Assembly (NCBI GenBank): GCA_043228905.1
Contig: JBHGNT010000273.1
Span: 1 to 41,722, forward strand
DNA: 41,722 nucleotides
Origin: Azolla caroliniana
Taxonomy: Eukaryota > Plantae > Polypodiophyta
Reading direction: 5' to 3'
Each line of letters starts with the position of its first letter. Position 1 is the first letter of the stretch. Position numbers and translations under genes: made by a program. Positions 1 through 13,184 of this stretch are shown here, one piece after another. Under the pieces are notes generated by a model. The model was given only the letters and a program-made list of their open reading frames with translations. It had not been told where the DNA came from and made no database searches.

Positions 1-450
1 CATGATAAAAAACGCACAAGTTAGAAAAAAGCATGATCACTTTAGATAAAGCATATAGTCTATCTATAGGAAAAGCATGGGGTCTATAGTTAGAGAAAAA
101 GCATGGATTACTAAGACTTCCTCATCACTACATAAGGATGGGGAGCACAATGTAATTGTGTGTGAAAAATATTTGGAAACTGGATATGTTTCTAAAGAAC
201 ACCAATTAATAAACTATACTCGTGGGATTCACGAGGATTCTATATCATTCTCTTTCAACCCAAATTTATATTCTTATATTCATATTGATTAATCAAATAC
301 AATACACTCGTGGGATTCACGAGTTTGCTATAACTCTTTCTTACAACATATTTATATTCTTATTAGCCTTAAAACTCTCCTCTTCCTAGTCCAAAACCCC
401 AGCGGTTCCCACCCGACTCACGCAACGATCCGGAGCCGAAAGGCACGACA
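1..450 (+). mobile_element. 3' part of an LTR (family A) inserted into the gag of the downstream Ty3/gypsy
   Basis: Reverse-complement similar to 17659-18130 and 22046-22500. Ends ...GGCACGACA at 450, the same terminus that precedes the PBS at 17659. The gag frame starts abruptly afterwards. Confidence 0.8.
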
Positions 451-661
451 ACGCAGAGATAGCTACCCCCGGGACCGGTACGACAGAGACGAATCCCCGG
501 AAGACGACCGACGCAGAGAAGAGAGGCGACAAGGATACGCTGACACAAGACGCGACAACTATAACCGAGAGGAGAGACGCAAAGATAGCTACCCCCGGGA
601 CCGGTACGACCGAGACGAAGCCCCGGAATACAACCGACGCAGAGAAGAGAGGCGACAAGGG
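451..661 (+). repeat. Direct repeat inside gag, ~85 bp at 126-bp period (R/D-rich)
   Basis: 451-535 and 577-661 are near-identical (GATAGCTACCCCCGGGACCGGTACGAC...GAGAAGAGAGGCGACAAGG). Confidence 0.85.
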
Positions 662-3600
662 AACCGAAATTTCCGACGGAATCAGAAGCGTGGATTTTTC
701 CGAAGAGAGGAACGTCGGGAGGCAGCAAGGAATGACAACCCGGTATCGGTACCGGATAACCGAAAAACCGAAGACGACCGCCGGAGCATACCCACCCTCC
801 AAACCGGGGACAAAGCAGAAACGAGCAACAGTCACAAGGTGTACTGTTATTACTGCCGGAAGGAAGGCTACTATAGTAACCAATGCCCAAGCAAAAGCTA
901 TGACAAGCAGCCGGAAGTCAACATGGTTACAGCCGAAATAACAGAAGTACAACAGGTCACAACCCGGTCAAAGGGAAAGACCGCCGAGTGGGAAGCCCAG
1001 GAGGCAATCAGAAAACAAGCGACACAATGGATCAAGGAGGCCAATGAACAGAATGCGGCAGAAGTAAGAGACCAAAATATGCCAAAAGAAACAGAAATCA
1101 TACAGCCAGGAGAAAACCCGACGTGGCAAGCGCTACAGGACTGTCAAATCGTGCTTCCGTTAGCACGACTACTACAGTTAGTGCCACGATTTACGGCAGA
1201 CCTACAGGCATCTGTCAGCAAACCGAAGCCGACGCCAGCACCGGCATTCTTCTCCAACCCGGAGGAAGGACCAGCGGTGGTCGATACAAGTAGCCCGACG
1301 ATCACGGCAATCGTGAAAGGAAAGGAAATTGCTGGAACGATTATTGACGGAGGCTCCGGGGTAAATGTCATCAGCCAACAGACATGCAACGACCTGGGCA
1401 TCCGGGAATGGGAACCATGCCCCTTCTGGTTACGCATGGCGGATACTAGCTTAGTCCGATCGACCGGGCTTATCCGGGACTTGGAAATAACGATCGGAGG
1501 CCACGTATTCCGGATATCGGCCGTGGTGCTGCAGTTGAATGTACAAGGCGCGTACCCCCTACTGCTAGGACGACCATGGCTGCGAACGACGCATATCAAG
1601 CAGAACTGGCAAAAGAACATGATCACATTCCGGCGAGGGAAAACAAAGGTACGAGTAACGACGCAACCACGGGTGAACACCAGTAAGGAAGCAACTCCAT
1701 TGTATGCGGAAAGCATTAACATGTTGGAGGGATTACCGGACGAGGAAGTCGAGCGGTACCTCGAGGAACACCCACAAATCGTCCCACTATTTGAGGTGGA
1801 TATCACGGCGGCAGTAGACCCGTACATTACGACCCCGGAAGAACCGGACCAAGCGGCGATCCGGGAACTGCGACAAGCGCAGGAATCCCTAGAGAGGGAA
1901 ATGACGATATCCCAGAGGGTAAAAGCATCCCAACTAGAGGAGGTGGACCTCGGCACAGCAGACAAGCCCCGACCGGTAAATGTTGCAAAGGAATTGCCGA
2001 AGGAAGAAAAGAAGGCAATGGTAGCATTGTTAACAGACTTCAAGGATGTGTTTGCGTGGTCGTACGAAGACATGCGAGGGCTGGACCCCCAGCTCTATCA
2101 GCACCAAATTCACCTAAGTACGGACGCGAAACCGATTGCTCAACGCAAGTACCGGATGAATCCGAATTATGCGACAAAGGTGAAGGAGGAAATTGATAAG
2201 CTCCTCCGGGTCGGATTTATCCGACCGGTCAAGCAGGCAACCTGGCTAAGTCCGATAGTGGTGGTCCCGAAAAAGAACGGCAAAATCCGGGTATGCGTGG
2301 ACTACCGAAAACTAAATGCCGCAACAGTGACCGATGCGTTTCCACTACCATTTACGGACGGGGTGTTAGATGCGGTAGCCGGGCACGAAGTTTACAGCTT
2401 CCTGGATGGATTTAGCGGCTACAACCAAATACGAATGAACCCGGCCGACCAAGAGAAGACAGCGTTCGTGACGGAATGGGGAGTGTTCGTCGCGGTCGTG
2501 ATGATGTTCGGACTAAAGACGGCTCCAGTGACCTTTCAAAGGATAATAATGGAAATTTTCGGGGAATATATCCCCGGTTTTATGCAGGTCTTCCTTGACG
2601 ATTTCGCGGTCTACAGCCGGCACGGAGAGCATCTCGATCACCTCCGGCTGTGCTTGGAGAAGTGCCGCGAGTACCGATTGAGCCTGAATCCGGCCAAATG
2701 CATCTTTGGAGTGGCAAGCGGCAACTTGCTAGGGCACGTGGTGAGTAAGGAAGGAATCGCGGTAGATCCGGATAAAGTCAAGGCGATTCTCGATGCACCA
2801 GCACCAAGTAGCGCAAAGGCTTTAAGCCGATTCCTGGGCCAAATAAGGTGGCATAGTCGGATGATACGGCACCTCGCGGACTTCGCTACACCGTTACATA
2901 CCGCCGTACATAGGGTACCCTTCCTATGGGCAGAGACGGAGGAGGAATCCTACAAAGCGTTGAAGGTTATGCTGTTGCAAGCTCCGGTGGTGCAACCGCC
3001 GGATTGGAGTAAAAGCTTTCACGTCTTCGTCGACGCGTCGGACGTAGCAATCGGCAGCGTTCTGATGCAACTCACAGAGCCGAAATGGTACCGACCGGTG
3101 TACTACGCAGGCCGGAAACTCTCAAAAGCCGAACGGAATTACTCTACGACGGAACGCGAGGCATTGGGAATGGTGTATAGTGTCACAAAGTACAGGCACT
3201 ATCTGCTCGGAAGGAAGTTTTCCTTCCATGTTGACCATTCGGCACTACTCTACCTGGTCTCGAAGGCATCCCTGACGGGAAAAATTGCACGGTGGACACT
3301 GCTACTACAGGAATTTGAATTCGACATTTTCCACTAACCCGGGGCGCAGCATGCGGTAGCGGACTATCTAAGCAGACTCGAATCCGGAGAAGCAGGGGAC
3401 GGCGTCCAGGATGAGTTTCCCGACGCCGAATTGCTCCGGATCACGACGAAACCGGCAACGGATACAACGGTAGCCGATGAAGACACATGGCTAACTGAGA
3501 TGCATCAGTTCCTGAGCACCGGAGTTCCCCCGGAGAACATGGACTGCAATGAAAGGAAAAGGGTAGCAGTAAGAAGTAGACATTTCTGTTTGGTTGGAGA

Positions 3601-4982
3601 CACCCTCTATCACAAGGGGGGCAGATGGCATCCGGAGACGAGCAGTGCGGAGTGATGAGAAGGATCTAATCCTCAGGGAAGCCCACTGTGGAATTGCCGG
3701 CGGGCATTATGCTGGCGACGCAACCGCTCGGAAAATATGGCAGAGCGGACTGTGGTGGCCGACCACCCTAAAAGATGCCGTGAAGTATAGCAGAGAATGC
3801 GATTTGTGTCAATGACTGGGCCAACCCACAGAGCAGGCCCGGATGCCACACCACCCGGTCTTGCCCTTAGAACCGTTTCAAAAGTGGGGGTTGGACTTTG
3901 TCGGTCCCTTCAAACCACCGGCAATGCGAACCGGAAATCGGTATGTCATAGTGGCGACCGACTATTGCACCAAATGGGTAGAAGCAAAGGGCTTACGGGA
4001 CAACACGGCCGCGTCCACGGCAAAGTTTCTGTACGAATGCATATGGTGCCGGTATGGATGCCCGATCGAGCTTATAAGTGACCAAGGAGGACATTTTCTC
4101 GGGCAGGTAGTAGAAAGCCTGACGTCATTTTACGCGGTGGTACATAAAAAGAGTACACCCTACTACCCTCAAGCCAATGGACTAGCGGAATCAACGAACA
4201 AAACTCTGCAGAACATCCTACGGAAAATCGTCAACGAGAACCGGATCGACTGGGATACGAAATTGCAAAGCGCGCTATGGGCGTACCGAACAACGTACAA
4301 AACCAGCATCCGGACAACCCCGTTCCGACTAGCATTCGGGTTAGAAGCGGTCATGCCGGTAGAGTTCCAGATCCCCAGGTTACGGATTCAGGTGAAGGAG
4401 CGCTTAAGTGAGAACGAGTCCGAACGAATCCGGCTGGCAACGCTGTTGGAATTAGAGGAAAACCGAATAGCCAGCTTACTACAACTCGAACTGGAGCAAA
4501 GGAGGAGAAAAGCCTTCGTGGACCAACACCGGCGTGGCAATGAAAAGGAGTTCGAAGTTGGGAAACCGGTGCTACTATTCCAGACACGGATGGGGAACAT
4601 GCCAGGAAAGTTGCGGTTTCGATGGACCGGACCGTTCTGGATCACCAAGGAGTACAATGGGTCGTATCATCTCGGCACGTTGTCTGGAGATGTCATCGGC
4701 AAGTGGGCAAATGGATTTCGGCTAAAGCCGTATAAGGGAAATATGCCAGCCAACCCGTTCAAGCGAAACCCGGAAACCCGGCAAGATGAGGAACCGACAC
4801 CGACAGACGCTGCTGAAGATATTCGGACCGAGGAAGAACCGACACCGACAGACGCTACTGAAGATATTCGGACCGAGGAAGAACCGACACCGATACTGAC
4901 GAAGACTATCCCAGAAAACCGACAGAAGGATCCGGTATCCACACGAACCGACCCGAACAAATCGGGGGGGACCAACAAATGA
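452..4982 (+). pseudogene. gag-pol polyprotein, disrupted
   Basis: Frame is open from 452. Motifs: knuckle CYYCRKEGYYSNQC, protease IIDGGSG, RT DVFAWSY...CVDYRKLN...FLDDF, RNase H VDASD, integrase H2C2 (EAHCG..GHY..CDLCQ) and core WGLDF/SDQG/GLAE. Lesions: TAA 3335, frameshift in the G-run near 3616-3621, TGA 3813. Confidence 0.93.
4788..4893 (+). repeat. 45-bp tandem repeat in the integrase C-terminal tail
   Basis: EEPTPTDA(A/T)EDIRTE about 2.4 times in the translation. Confidence 0.85.
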
Positions 4983-5000
4983 CGTGGTCCAAGCAAAAGG

Positions 5001-5070
5001 AAAAAAATAAAAAATAAAATAAAATAAAAATAAAAAAATAAAATAAAATAAAATAAAATAAAATAAAAAA
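5001..5070 (+). repeat. (AAAAT)n tract after pol
   Basis: Seen directly. Confidence 0.95.
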
Positions 5071-6081
5071 TGACGTGGGCAAAATCGACGCGAATCATCG
5101 TAATGATGGGGAGATCACAAGAGGTGGGAGCGCCACCATGCAACGAAGAGGCGCCATGCATTAAAGAAGGACGTGCGCGGACTTGCTATTTAAAGCATGG
5201 AACGTGGGCACTCACACGCGGCAAACAAGAAAGGACATACTAATTATGGCGGGAAAGGAACATGCGCGGGAAACGAAAAAGGGCGGCTCGAGGCACAACC
5301 CACTATATAAGACACAGGCCTGCGAAGGGCTCACTTTTTACGAATTTTCCTACATACAGGCGCAGAAGCACAGAAGAGCGACCTGACACACAGAGCACAC
5401 ACAGCGCGATCCCGAACAACAGGCAGCAGACGAAGAATTCGGAACAATGGTACTGTCGGAAGAGGCACGCCAATGGATGAGGGAGAACGGGTTAAAAGGA
5501 TTGCTGCGGATCGCCGACGCTCCACCACACGCAGAACCAGAGCAGGCAGCAGCATCGATCGATATATCAGAAGTCACGGAAGGAGCGGTGCAGGCGCTCA
5601 CGGGGATCAAAGCAGGAGGACTTCAAACAATCGAAAACCCTTCCAGTGAAATCCTGTTCGAATATTTCGGGGAATACTCTATCAGCAGCAAGGCGTACCG
5701 AACGTAGGGCGGAGAGAACCTGCTGTTCGGAGAAGTGGCCCGCGCTATGATTGAATACGGATTCGTGAATCCCCGTCCCCCAGCCATAGCCAAATACCGG
5801 GCAGCATTCTTAATAGCAGCGTACGAGGGCTTACAAATAGACTGGCTCCATTTCATAACCGAAGGATTGAAGGAGGCCATCAGAAATCTTGTGGAAGGAA
5901 AAAAGCCATGGGCCGGGATAGCACAATGGCTAACGGTGTTAGTCCCACCGGTGCTCCCCATCACACAAAAGAAAAGAGGTCGGCAGGAGACGACGCCGAA
6001 AAAGGTCACAAAGCGCCGACAGATCTTGGAGAAACACACCCCCGGATGGACCCAGCAAGAAGCAGAACAGCAGGGGGAAGG

Positions 6082-6756
6082 TGTAGAGAATCAGCTCTTC
6101 CGATTCACCTTCACCGCTCGGCCACAACCGAGTAGTTGCGAATCAAAGGAGCAGAAAATAGGAAACACAGAGAAAGACGCGATGACACAGGGATTAACGT
6201 GGAAAACCCTAAATGGGAAAAACCACGGGAGTCCTCAAACTCCAACTATCACTATGAACAGGGATGTACACTGGTGAAGCTACAAGGCAACAACCTTGAG
6301 CTCACTGTCTTCGCCACAGGCGGCGGTAATACACAGAGGCAGCGACCTCTTCGTCTCTCTCTCTCTCGGCTGCTCTCACTTCACATGAAAAATGAGCAAC
6401 AACATAAACTGTTTGCCCTAAGTCATATTTATACACATATGACTCTCGGGCTATTTACAAATATAGCCTCAAGGGCTCTTGGCAAACATATTCACAAATA
6501 TGTCCCCGCATCCGGATCTCCCTCCGGGTACATCCGTCATCCGGCTCCGTAACCGGGGTCTTCAGCATCCGGCTCCGTAGCCAGGGTATTCATCATCCGG
6601 CTCCGTAGCCGGGGTCTTCATCATCCGGCTCCGTAGCCGGGGTCTTCATCATCCGGCTCCGAAGCCGGGGTATTCATCATCCGGCTCCGTAACCGCAACC
6701 GGGCTTGCCGTCATTCATCTCCGGACATCCCATCCGGAGGGACCGAAATCCCAACA
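6082..6756 (-). repeat. Copia 3' LTR, with a 28-bp tandem array at ~6538-6696
   Basis: Matches 10186-10860; I see one substitution. Unit CATCCGGCTCCGTAGCCGGGGTCTTCAT about 5.5 times. Confidence 0.95.
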
Positions 6757-6766
6757 AACTCCCCCT

Positions 6767-9313
6767 TCACTTCGGCATGGGATGTCTCTCCAATCCGATC
6801 CTCTTCCGGCATGCTTCCAGCTTGTCGGGTGTGAGCACTTTGGTCAGCATATCTGAGCCGTTCTCGTCCGTGTGGATCTTCGTCAGCACGAACTCCTGGT
6901 CTTCTATCCTTTCCCGGATCCAGTGATATCTTCGCTGGATGTGTTTCGTCCGGGAGTGATAGGCCGCGTTCTTCGCAAGGTGGATGGCACTCTAACTGTC
7001 GCAGTAGAGTCGGTACTCCTCCTGCCGGATACCGAGCTCTCTAATGAAGTCCTTCATCCAAATCATTTCCTTGCCAGCTTCAACAGCCGCCATGTACTCC
7101 GCCTCCGTGGTTGACAACGCAACCGTCTTCTGCAGCCTCGACTGCCACGAAACAGCTCCCCCTGCATACGTCATCACATACCCTGATGTGGACCGGCTGG
7201 TATCTGCATCAGCCGACATATCCGAATCGGTGAAGCCGTCGAGTTCGGGCTTACCGGAGCCGAATCGGAGGCACACGTTTGCCGTGCCTTTCAGGTATCG
7301 GAGTATCCACTTGACCGCGTTCCAGTGTTCTTTGCCGGGATTGCTCATGTACCGGCTCACCACTCCGACTGCATATCCTATGTTCGGTCTTGTACACACC
7401 ATTGCGTACATCAAACTTCCGACGGCAGAGGCATATGGTACTTTCATCATGTCCTCTTTCTCAGCCTTTGTCTTGGGGCTTTGCTTGCTGGACAGCTTGC
7501 AGTTTGCCGGGAGGGTTGACCCGACCGGTCTTGCTTCCGACATGTTGAACCGGTAAAGCACCTTTGTCACGTACTTCTCCTGTGACAGCCACAACTGCTT
7601 CTTCTTCCGGTCTCGGATGATGTGCATCCCTAGTATTTGCCTCGCCGGACCCAGGTCCTTCATTGAGAAGGTTCGGTGAAGCGCTTTCTTCAGCGTCCGT
7701 ATCTTGACCTGGTCCCGTCCGACGATCAACATGTCGTCCACGTATAGGAGGAGTATTAGAAAGTCTCCTCCTTCGAACTTCTTCACAAACACGCAGTGAT
7801 CAGACTGCGTTTTGTGGTACCCTTCGTCGGTCATGAAGGAGTCGAACTTCCGGTACCATTGCCGGGGAGCCTGCTTCAGTCCGTAAAGGCTCTTCTTCAA
7901 CCGGCATACCAGGTGCTCCTTCCCTTTCTTCTCGAATCCTTCCGGTTGCTGCATGTAGATCTCTTCTTCGAGGTCACCGTGAAGGAATGCCGTCTTCACG
8001 TCCATCTGTTCTACCTCGAGGTCCATGCTTGCCGCTATGCTCAGCACCGTCCGGATGGAGGTCATCTTCACTACCGGGGCAAATATCTCGTCGAAGTCGA
8101 CGCCCTTCTTCTGCTGAAACCCCTTCACCACGATCCTGGCTTTGTATCTCGGGGGGTTTCCGGCATCTCCCGGTTTCAGCTTGAACACCCACTTGTTACG
8201 GAGTGCCCGTTTTCCTTTCGGCAGCTCCACAAGTTCATATGTGTGGTTCTCATGCAGGGAATCCATCTCGTCCTGCATGGCACTCAACCACCTGCGGCTC
8301 TGGGTGTCATGCTTTGCTTCTTCAAAGCTCTCCGGCTCTCCCTCGTCGGTTAGCAGCACGTGCTCTGGTTCCGGAAATCTCCGGGGGGCCCTTCTCTCTC
8401 TTAGAGGATATCTCCGTTCCGGAGCTTCGGTAACCGGTTCTTCCGATTCTTCTTCATCCGAATCCATTTCGGGATCGGGGCCGGTTCCGGTATCATTTTC
8501 ATCTTCTTCGGCCGGTTCTGTTTCTTCACCGTCTTCGGCCGGATCCTCGAGTGCTAACCGGTCCCTTGCCGGTCGGGACTGCTCCTCGTAGAGTTGATCC
8601 TCACTGGTCGACTTGGAGCTCTTCATCTTCTTCTCCGACTCCAAGTCGGCGAGTGTCTTGTCCTCCATGAAGATGATGTCTCGACTCCTGAATATCTTCT
8701 TGTCGACCAGGTCCCATACTCGGTAGCCGAACTCGTCGTTGCCGTAACCGAGGAATATGCATGGCCGGGTCTTTGGATCTAGCTTTCCTCTCCGGTCCTT
8801 TGCCACATGCACGTATGCGAGACACCCGAACACCTTCAGATGCCGGTAAGATACTTCCCTACCGGTCCACACTCTCTGCGGCGTGTCTCCGTCCAAAGGT
8901 ACTGAGGGTGATCTGTTTATCACGTATGTCGCCGTCGACATTACCTCAGCCCAAAACCCCTTGGGTAATTTCGCATGCGCCAGCATACTCCGGACCCTCT
9001 CCATTATGGTCCGGTTCATCCTCTCGGCCAGCCCGTTCAGTTCCGGCGTCTTCGGCACAGTAAACTCGAGCCGGATTCCTTTCGAGCGACAGTACTCCGT
9101 GAACTGCCCCCGGTATTCCCCTCCGTTATCCGCTCGTATCGCTTTCAGCTTCTTGCCGGATTCCCTTTCCACTCTCGCGTGGAGTTCTTTGAAGACGCAC
9201 AACACTTGGTCCTTTGTCTTCAACGGTGCCGTCCACAGCTTCCGGCTGTGATCATCAATGAATGTTACGAAGTACTGGGCTCCGCCATGTGACTTCGTTT
9301 CTACCTGACACAC
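6767..9313 (-). pseudogene. Copia pol remnant: integrase core, RT, RNase H
   Basis: FIDDHSRK/ADNGGEY/NGLAER, QMDVKTAFLHG, LYVDDM, FTDSD. TAG at 6992 interrupts RNase H and the frame continues (SAIHLAKN..RTKHI) to TGA 6767. Confidence 0.93.
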
Positions 9314-9314
9314 A

Positions 9315-10154
9315 TCAGTCTGCCCTCGCCGATCCGGACCTCTCCGGTCCGTGGCTCCCCGGTATGCACCGTTTCGCTCCGGTGACTTCTTCGAATCGGT
9401 GTCGTCGGCTCCGTTGTCTTTTCGGTAATGCCGACAATTCTTCCGGAAGTGCCCCGGCTTCCCACAGTGGAAGCAGGCAGGTGGGTCTTCCTCTTGACTG
9501 CGACCGGGTCCCCGACTTCTCCCGTCTTTGCGGACTCCGGTTCCAGTGTCTTCCCCGTTCCGATTCGGTAAGCAGCGCCTTCGAGTCAGAGGCCGGTTCT
9601 TTATCTCTCCGACGCGCTTCTTCGTTCAAAATACTTGTCTTTACCGTTTGTAGGGACAAGTTATCTTCCGTGCAGGAGGTGCTGAGAGTCACCACCAAGT
9701 TCTCCCAGCTTTCCGGCAATGTACACATCAGGATGATGGCTTGCATTGCATCCTCCAACGGGAACTTGATCGCCGCAAGCTGATTCACGAATTCCACCAT
9801 ACTCTCGCCGTCCCGGTACTTGAGATTCACTATCTTCCTCATCAGGGAGGTCCGGTTCAACGCATTCTTCCTCTCGTAGAGGCCTGACAGCTTCTTCCAC
9901 ATCTCATATGCGTTGGTGTCGTTCGCCACATGTTGTAGGACGCTTACATCGACATATTGTCGGATCGTCGCTACGGCTTTCCGGTTCAGGAGCTTCCACT
10001 CCGACTCAAGTACTCCCTTCGGTATTTCCGACCTGTCAATCGGTTCGTACAGGTCCCGAACAATCAGAAGATCCTCCATCTTGATCTTCCAGTCGGCGTA
10101 ATTCTGCGCATTCAGCACCATCATCCCCGGCTGCCCGCTGCTGCCGCCTTCCAT
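9315..10154 (-). pseudogene. Copia gag with frameshifted zinc knuckle
   Basis: NYADWKIKMEDLL...MWKKLSGLYE. A 4-nt duplication (CTGC) near 9473-9480 shifts CFHCGKPGHFRKNC out of frame. Confidence 0.88.
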
Positions 10155-10170
10155 TTTCTGTGTTACCGTC

Positions 10171-10182
10171 GCTCTGATACCA
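10171..10182 (-). promoter_or_regulatory. Primer-binding site, tRNA-iMet
   Basis: Minus strand TGGTATCAGAGC, 3 nt inside the 5' LTR end. Confidence 0.93.
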
Positions 10183-10185
10183 ATT

Positions 10186-10860
10186 TGTAGAGAATCAGCT
10201 CTTCCGATTCACCTTCACCGCTCGGCCACAACCGAGTAGTTGCGAATCAAAGGAGCAGAAAATAGGAAACACAGAGAAAGACGCGATGACACAGGGATTA
10301 ACGTGGAAAACCCTAAATGGGAAAAACCACGGGAGTCCTCAAACTCCAACTATCACTATGAACAGGGATGTACACTGGTGAAGCTACAAGGCAACAACCT
10401 TGAGCTCACTGTCTTCGCCACAGGCGGCGGTAATACACAGAGGCAGCGACCTCTTCGTCTCTCTCTCTCTCGGCTGCTCTCACTTCACATGAAAAATGAG
10501 CAACAACATAAACTGTTTGCCCTAAGTCATATTTATACACATATGACTCTCGGGCTATTTACAAATATAGCCTCAAGGGCTCTTGGCAAACATATTCACA
10601 AATATGTCCCCGCATCCGGATCTCCCTCCGGGTACATCCGTCATCCGGCTCCGTAACCGGGGTCTTCAGCATCCGGCTCCGTAGCCGGGGTATTCATCAT
10701 CCGGCTCCGTAGCCGGGGTCTTCATCATCCGGCTCCGTAGCCGGGGTCTTCATCATCCGGCTCCGAAGCCGGGGTATTCATCATCCGGCTCCGTAACCGC
10801 AACCGGGCTTGCCGTCATTCATCTCCGGACATCCCATCCGGAGGGACCGAAATCCCAACA
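10186..10860 (-). repeat. Copia 5' LTR
   Basis: 675-bp direct repeat of 6082-6756. Confidence 0.95.
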
Positions 10861-13184
10861 GAAGGACCATCCCGACAGCAACAGGAACCGGCAACAAAGG
10901 CAAAACCGGCAGGTAAAGGCAAAGGGAAAGCGGCCGAGGAGGAACCGGTAGCGCGCAAACCAATCCATATAACGCTGCGACGGCCGGAACCGGAACCAGA
11001 GGTCTCTATACAAAAGGTCCGTCTGGTAACCGCACCGGAGGAGGAAACTGAAACAGAAGACTCATCCGAACCATTGGTAAGACTCCCAGCAAGACAAGGT
11101 CGGGAGAAACGGGCGAAAGGACCGGCTCCACCGGTGGACAGAACTCAGTAGAGGGCGCAAGGACCATCTCCAGTAGCCGAGGCGGAAACAACACCGGAAC
11201 CCGTACCCAGGGAAGCAGCACCAACACCGGTTGGGCCGGACTTAAGAAAACCGGTCATCCCAGAGAAGAAGAAGGAACAAGCGCCGGAGCCAGAGCCAGA
11301 GAAGAGGCCGGAAAATCAGCCTGGCTTAAGTGAGCAAGGCCACCCCGACACCGGAAGAACAAAGCCACAATGGCTGAGATGGCTTCCGGAGCAGTTATCG
11401 GGAGTAGCGGACCAGTTAGAGAAAGAAGAAACGTGTAGGCAACAGCTGACGCATACAACAACGCAGGAGTTGGTCGCGCTCCGAACACAGATCGAGGAAA
11501 TGCAAGGGGAGCTGTTGCAGGCAAGGGAAGGAATTCAACAAGCACAAGCTGTCACCGAGCCGGTCGGGACAACAAGGAAGCAACCAGAACCGGAACCGGA
11601 ACCGGTAGCCTTGCAAACCGGCCCTGAGACCGAAAAAATAATAGAAACCTTACGAGAGGAGTTAAAAGCTCAGGAGGCATTAAGGGAAAGAGAAAGGGAG
11701 CAGCGGAAAGCGGTGGAGGACGACAGACGAAAAATGGAAGAAGGCCTCCGGAAAGGTCGAGCCGCTTATGACCGACTGCAAGAAGAAAAAGAGAAGCTGC
11801 AAAAGGAGAAGGACCGACTACGTCGACATGCCGAGCAAGAGATAGAACGACTGCAGGAAGAACTCCGACAACAGAAGGACCGGGACGATCGGTTAAGAGC
11901 TCAGGCAAACCGACGCCTGAAGCAGAAGACGGAGGACTTCGACCGTCTCTACCGAGATCACAAGCAGGCCGAGTCGGACAACAAAAAACGGGCAGCAGAC
12001 TACGACCGGCAAATAGAGAAGCTGAAAGAGCAGCTCAAAGAGACCCGATTAGACCTGGCGAAGGCGATGGATGAGGTCAGTGCCAACAAGGAAGCATTGT
12101 CGGCGGAAATAGCCCAAGCAACGGAGAGAAGGAAGGAATTAGAGGCGCTAAGGCGGGAAAAGCTGGACCTGACCAAGATCAGGAATGAAGAAAAGGAAAA
12201 ATCGACCTTCACGATCAGCAAACTGCAGAGTACCTATGAAAAGCAGAAAGCAGATTACGAGGCCCAGGCTCAGATAATGGCCGACATTATAAAACGGGCA
12301 AGGAAGGAAAAGCAGGAAGCTTATGCGCATGCTAAGGCAGGGGTTGACCGGATCAAGCTCATCATGTCAGGATGGAGTACTCGAGCTCAGGCAAGCATCA
12401 ACGAAAGTACGGAAAAGCTATGGAAGGAGTGGTCACGACAGGCAGCCGAGTTGCAGAAACTACGAGCGGATGCCGAGAATCGGAGGAAGACCGGTGACAA
12501 GTTCTACAAGATGGATGAAGAAAGTGTCGTCGCCATTCGGGAAGAATTGTCGGAGGATTTCTACACTTTAGCAGAAGAACACCTCAAAGAAATCCGAGGG
12601 TTGGTAGAGAGGTTGGATGACGGGCAGCTCGCAACTCAGTTGGAGTTGGAGAGATACGAGCAGGACCGGTTACGACAGGAAGCTAAGGGAAGAACGACGC
12701 CAATCACAATAAGTGAGGGAGAGCGACCGGATGCAGATGAACCAACCGACACCGAACAACCCCGACGAGGAATACCCGAAGACGAACTTGAAGAAGAGCA
12801 GGAGCAGACCGATGCCGGAGAAGAAGAAGAGCTGAGACCGGAAGACACCAGAGCAGAGGAAGGAGGCATATCGAGTCGACCAGTCGAGACCGGAGAAAGC
12901 GACACCGGTAACAGAACAGAGCCAGGAACGGAGGGAGAACAGGAAGAACCCGGACGAAGCGGTGAGGAAGCACCGGCACCATAGAATCAAGCAGAGCCGG
13001 AGCAGCAAATTTTTACGGAACAACCTACCCAACCGGGGGTCGGAGACCAGCTAGGCAAGGAACAGGAATAGGAGGAAGAAGCACCACTGGACACCATCAA
13101 GCAAAGTGTGCTCGATATTTTGGAGGAAGACTGAGGCCGGGAGTGGATTCGAAGTGCAAGGAACTTTCCCACGGGCGTGCCATG

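Larger units (their letters stand above)
6082..10860 (-). mobile_element. Ty1/copia retrotransposon, recent insertion, internally deleted
   Basis: Two 675-bp TG..CA LTRs, TSD GAAGG (6077-6081 and 10861-10865), tRNA-iMet PBS, PPT AGGGGGAG next to 6757, INT-RT-RH order. Confidence 0.97.
5447..13135 (+). pseudogene. Extra 3' ORF of the gypsy element (N-terminal globular region plus long coiled coil), split by the copia insertion
   Basis: ATG 5447 follows TATATAA at 5304. In-frame stop at 5705. Broken at 6081 and resumes after 10860 (EGPSRQQQEP...). E/K/R/Q-rich coiled-coil ORF 11470-12984, then an acidic tail with further stops to ~13135. Confidence 0.7.

Noticed and set aside
3335-3337. Programmed stop-codon readthrough in pol
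   Set aside because: The stop falls at the end of RNase H and comes with a frameshift and a second stop. Mutational decay is the simpler explanation.
6136-6552. 138-aa ORF duplicated at 10240-10656 (also the 70-aa ORFs at 27892 and 32875)
   Set aside because: Antisense ORFs inside LTRs. Their identity just reflects LTR duplication.
11470-12984. Host myosin/SMC-like gene
   Set aside because: Only generic coiled-coil composition. It is intronless and continuous with the retroelement's extra ORF.
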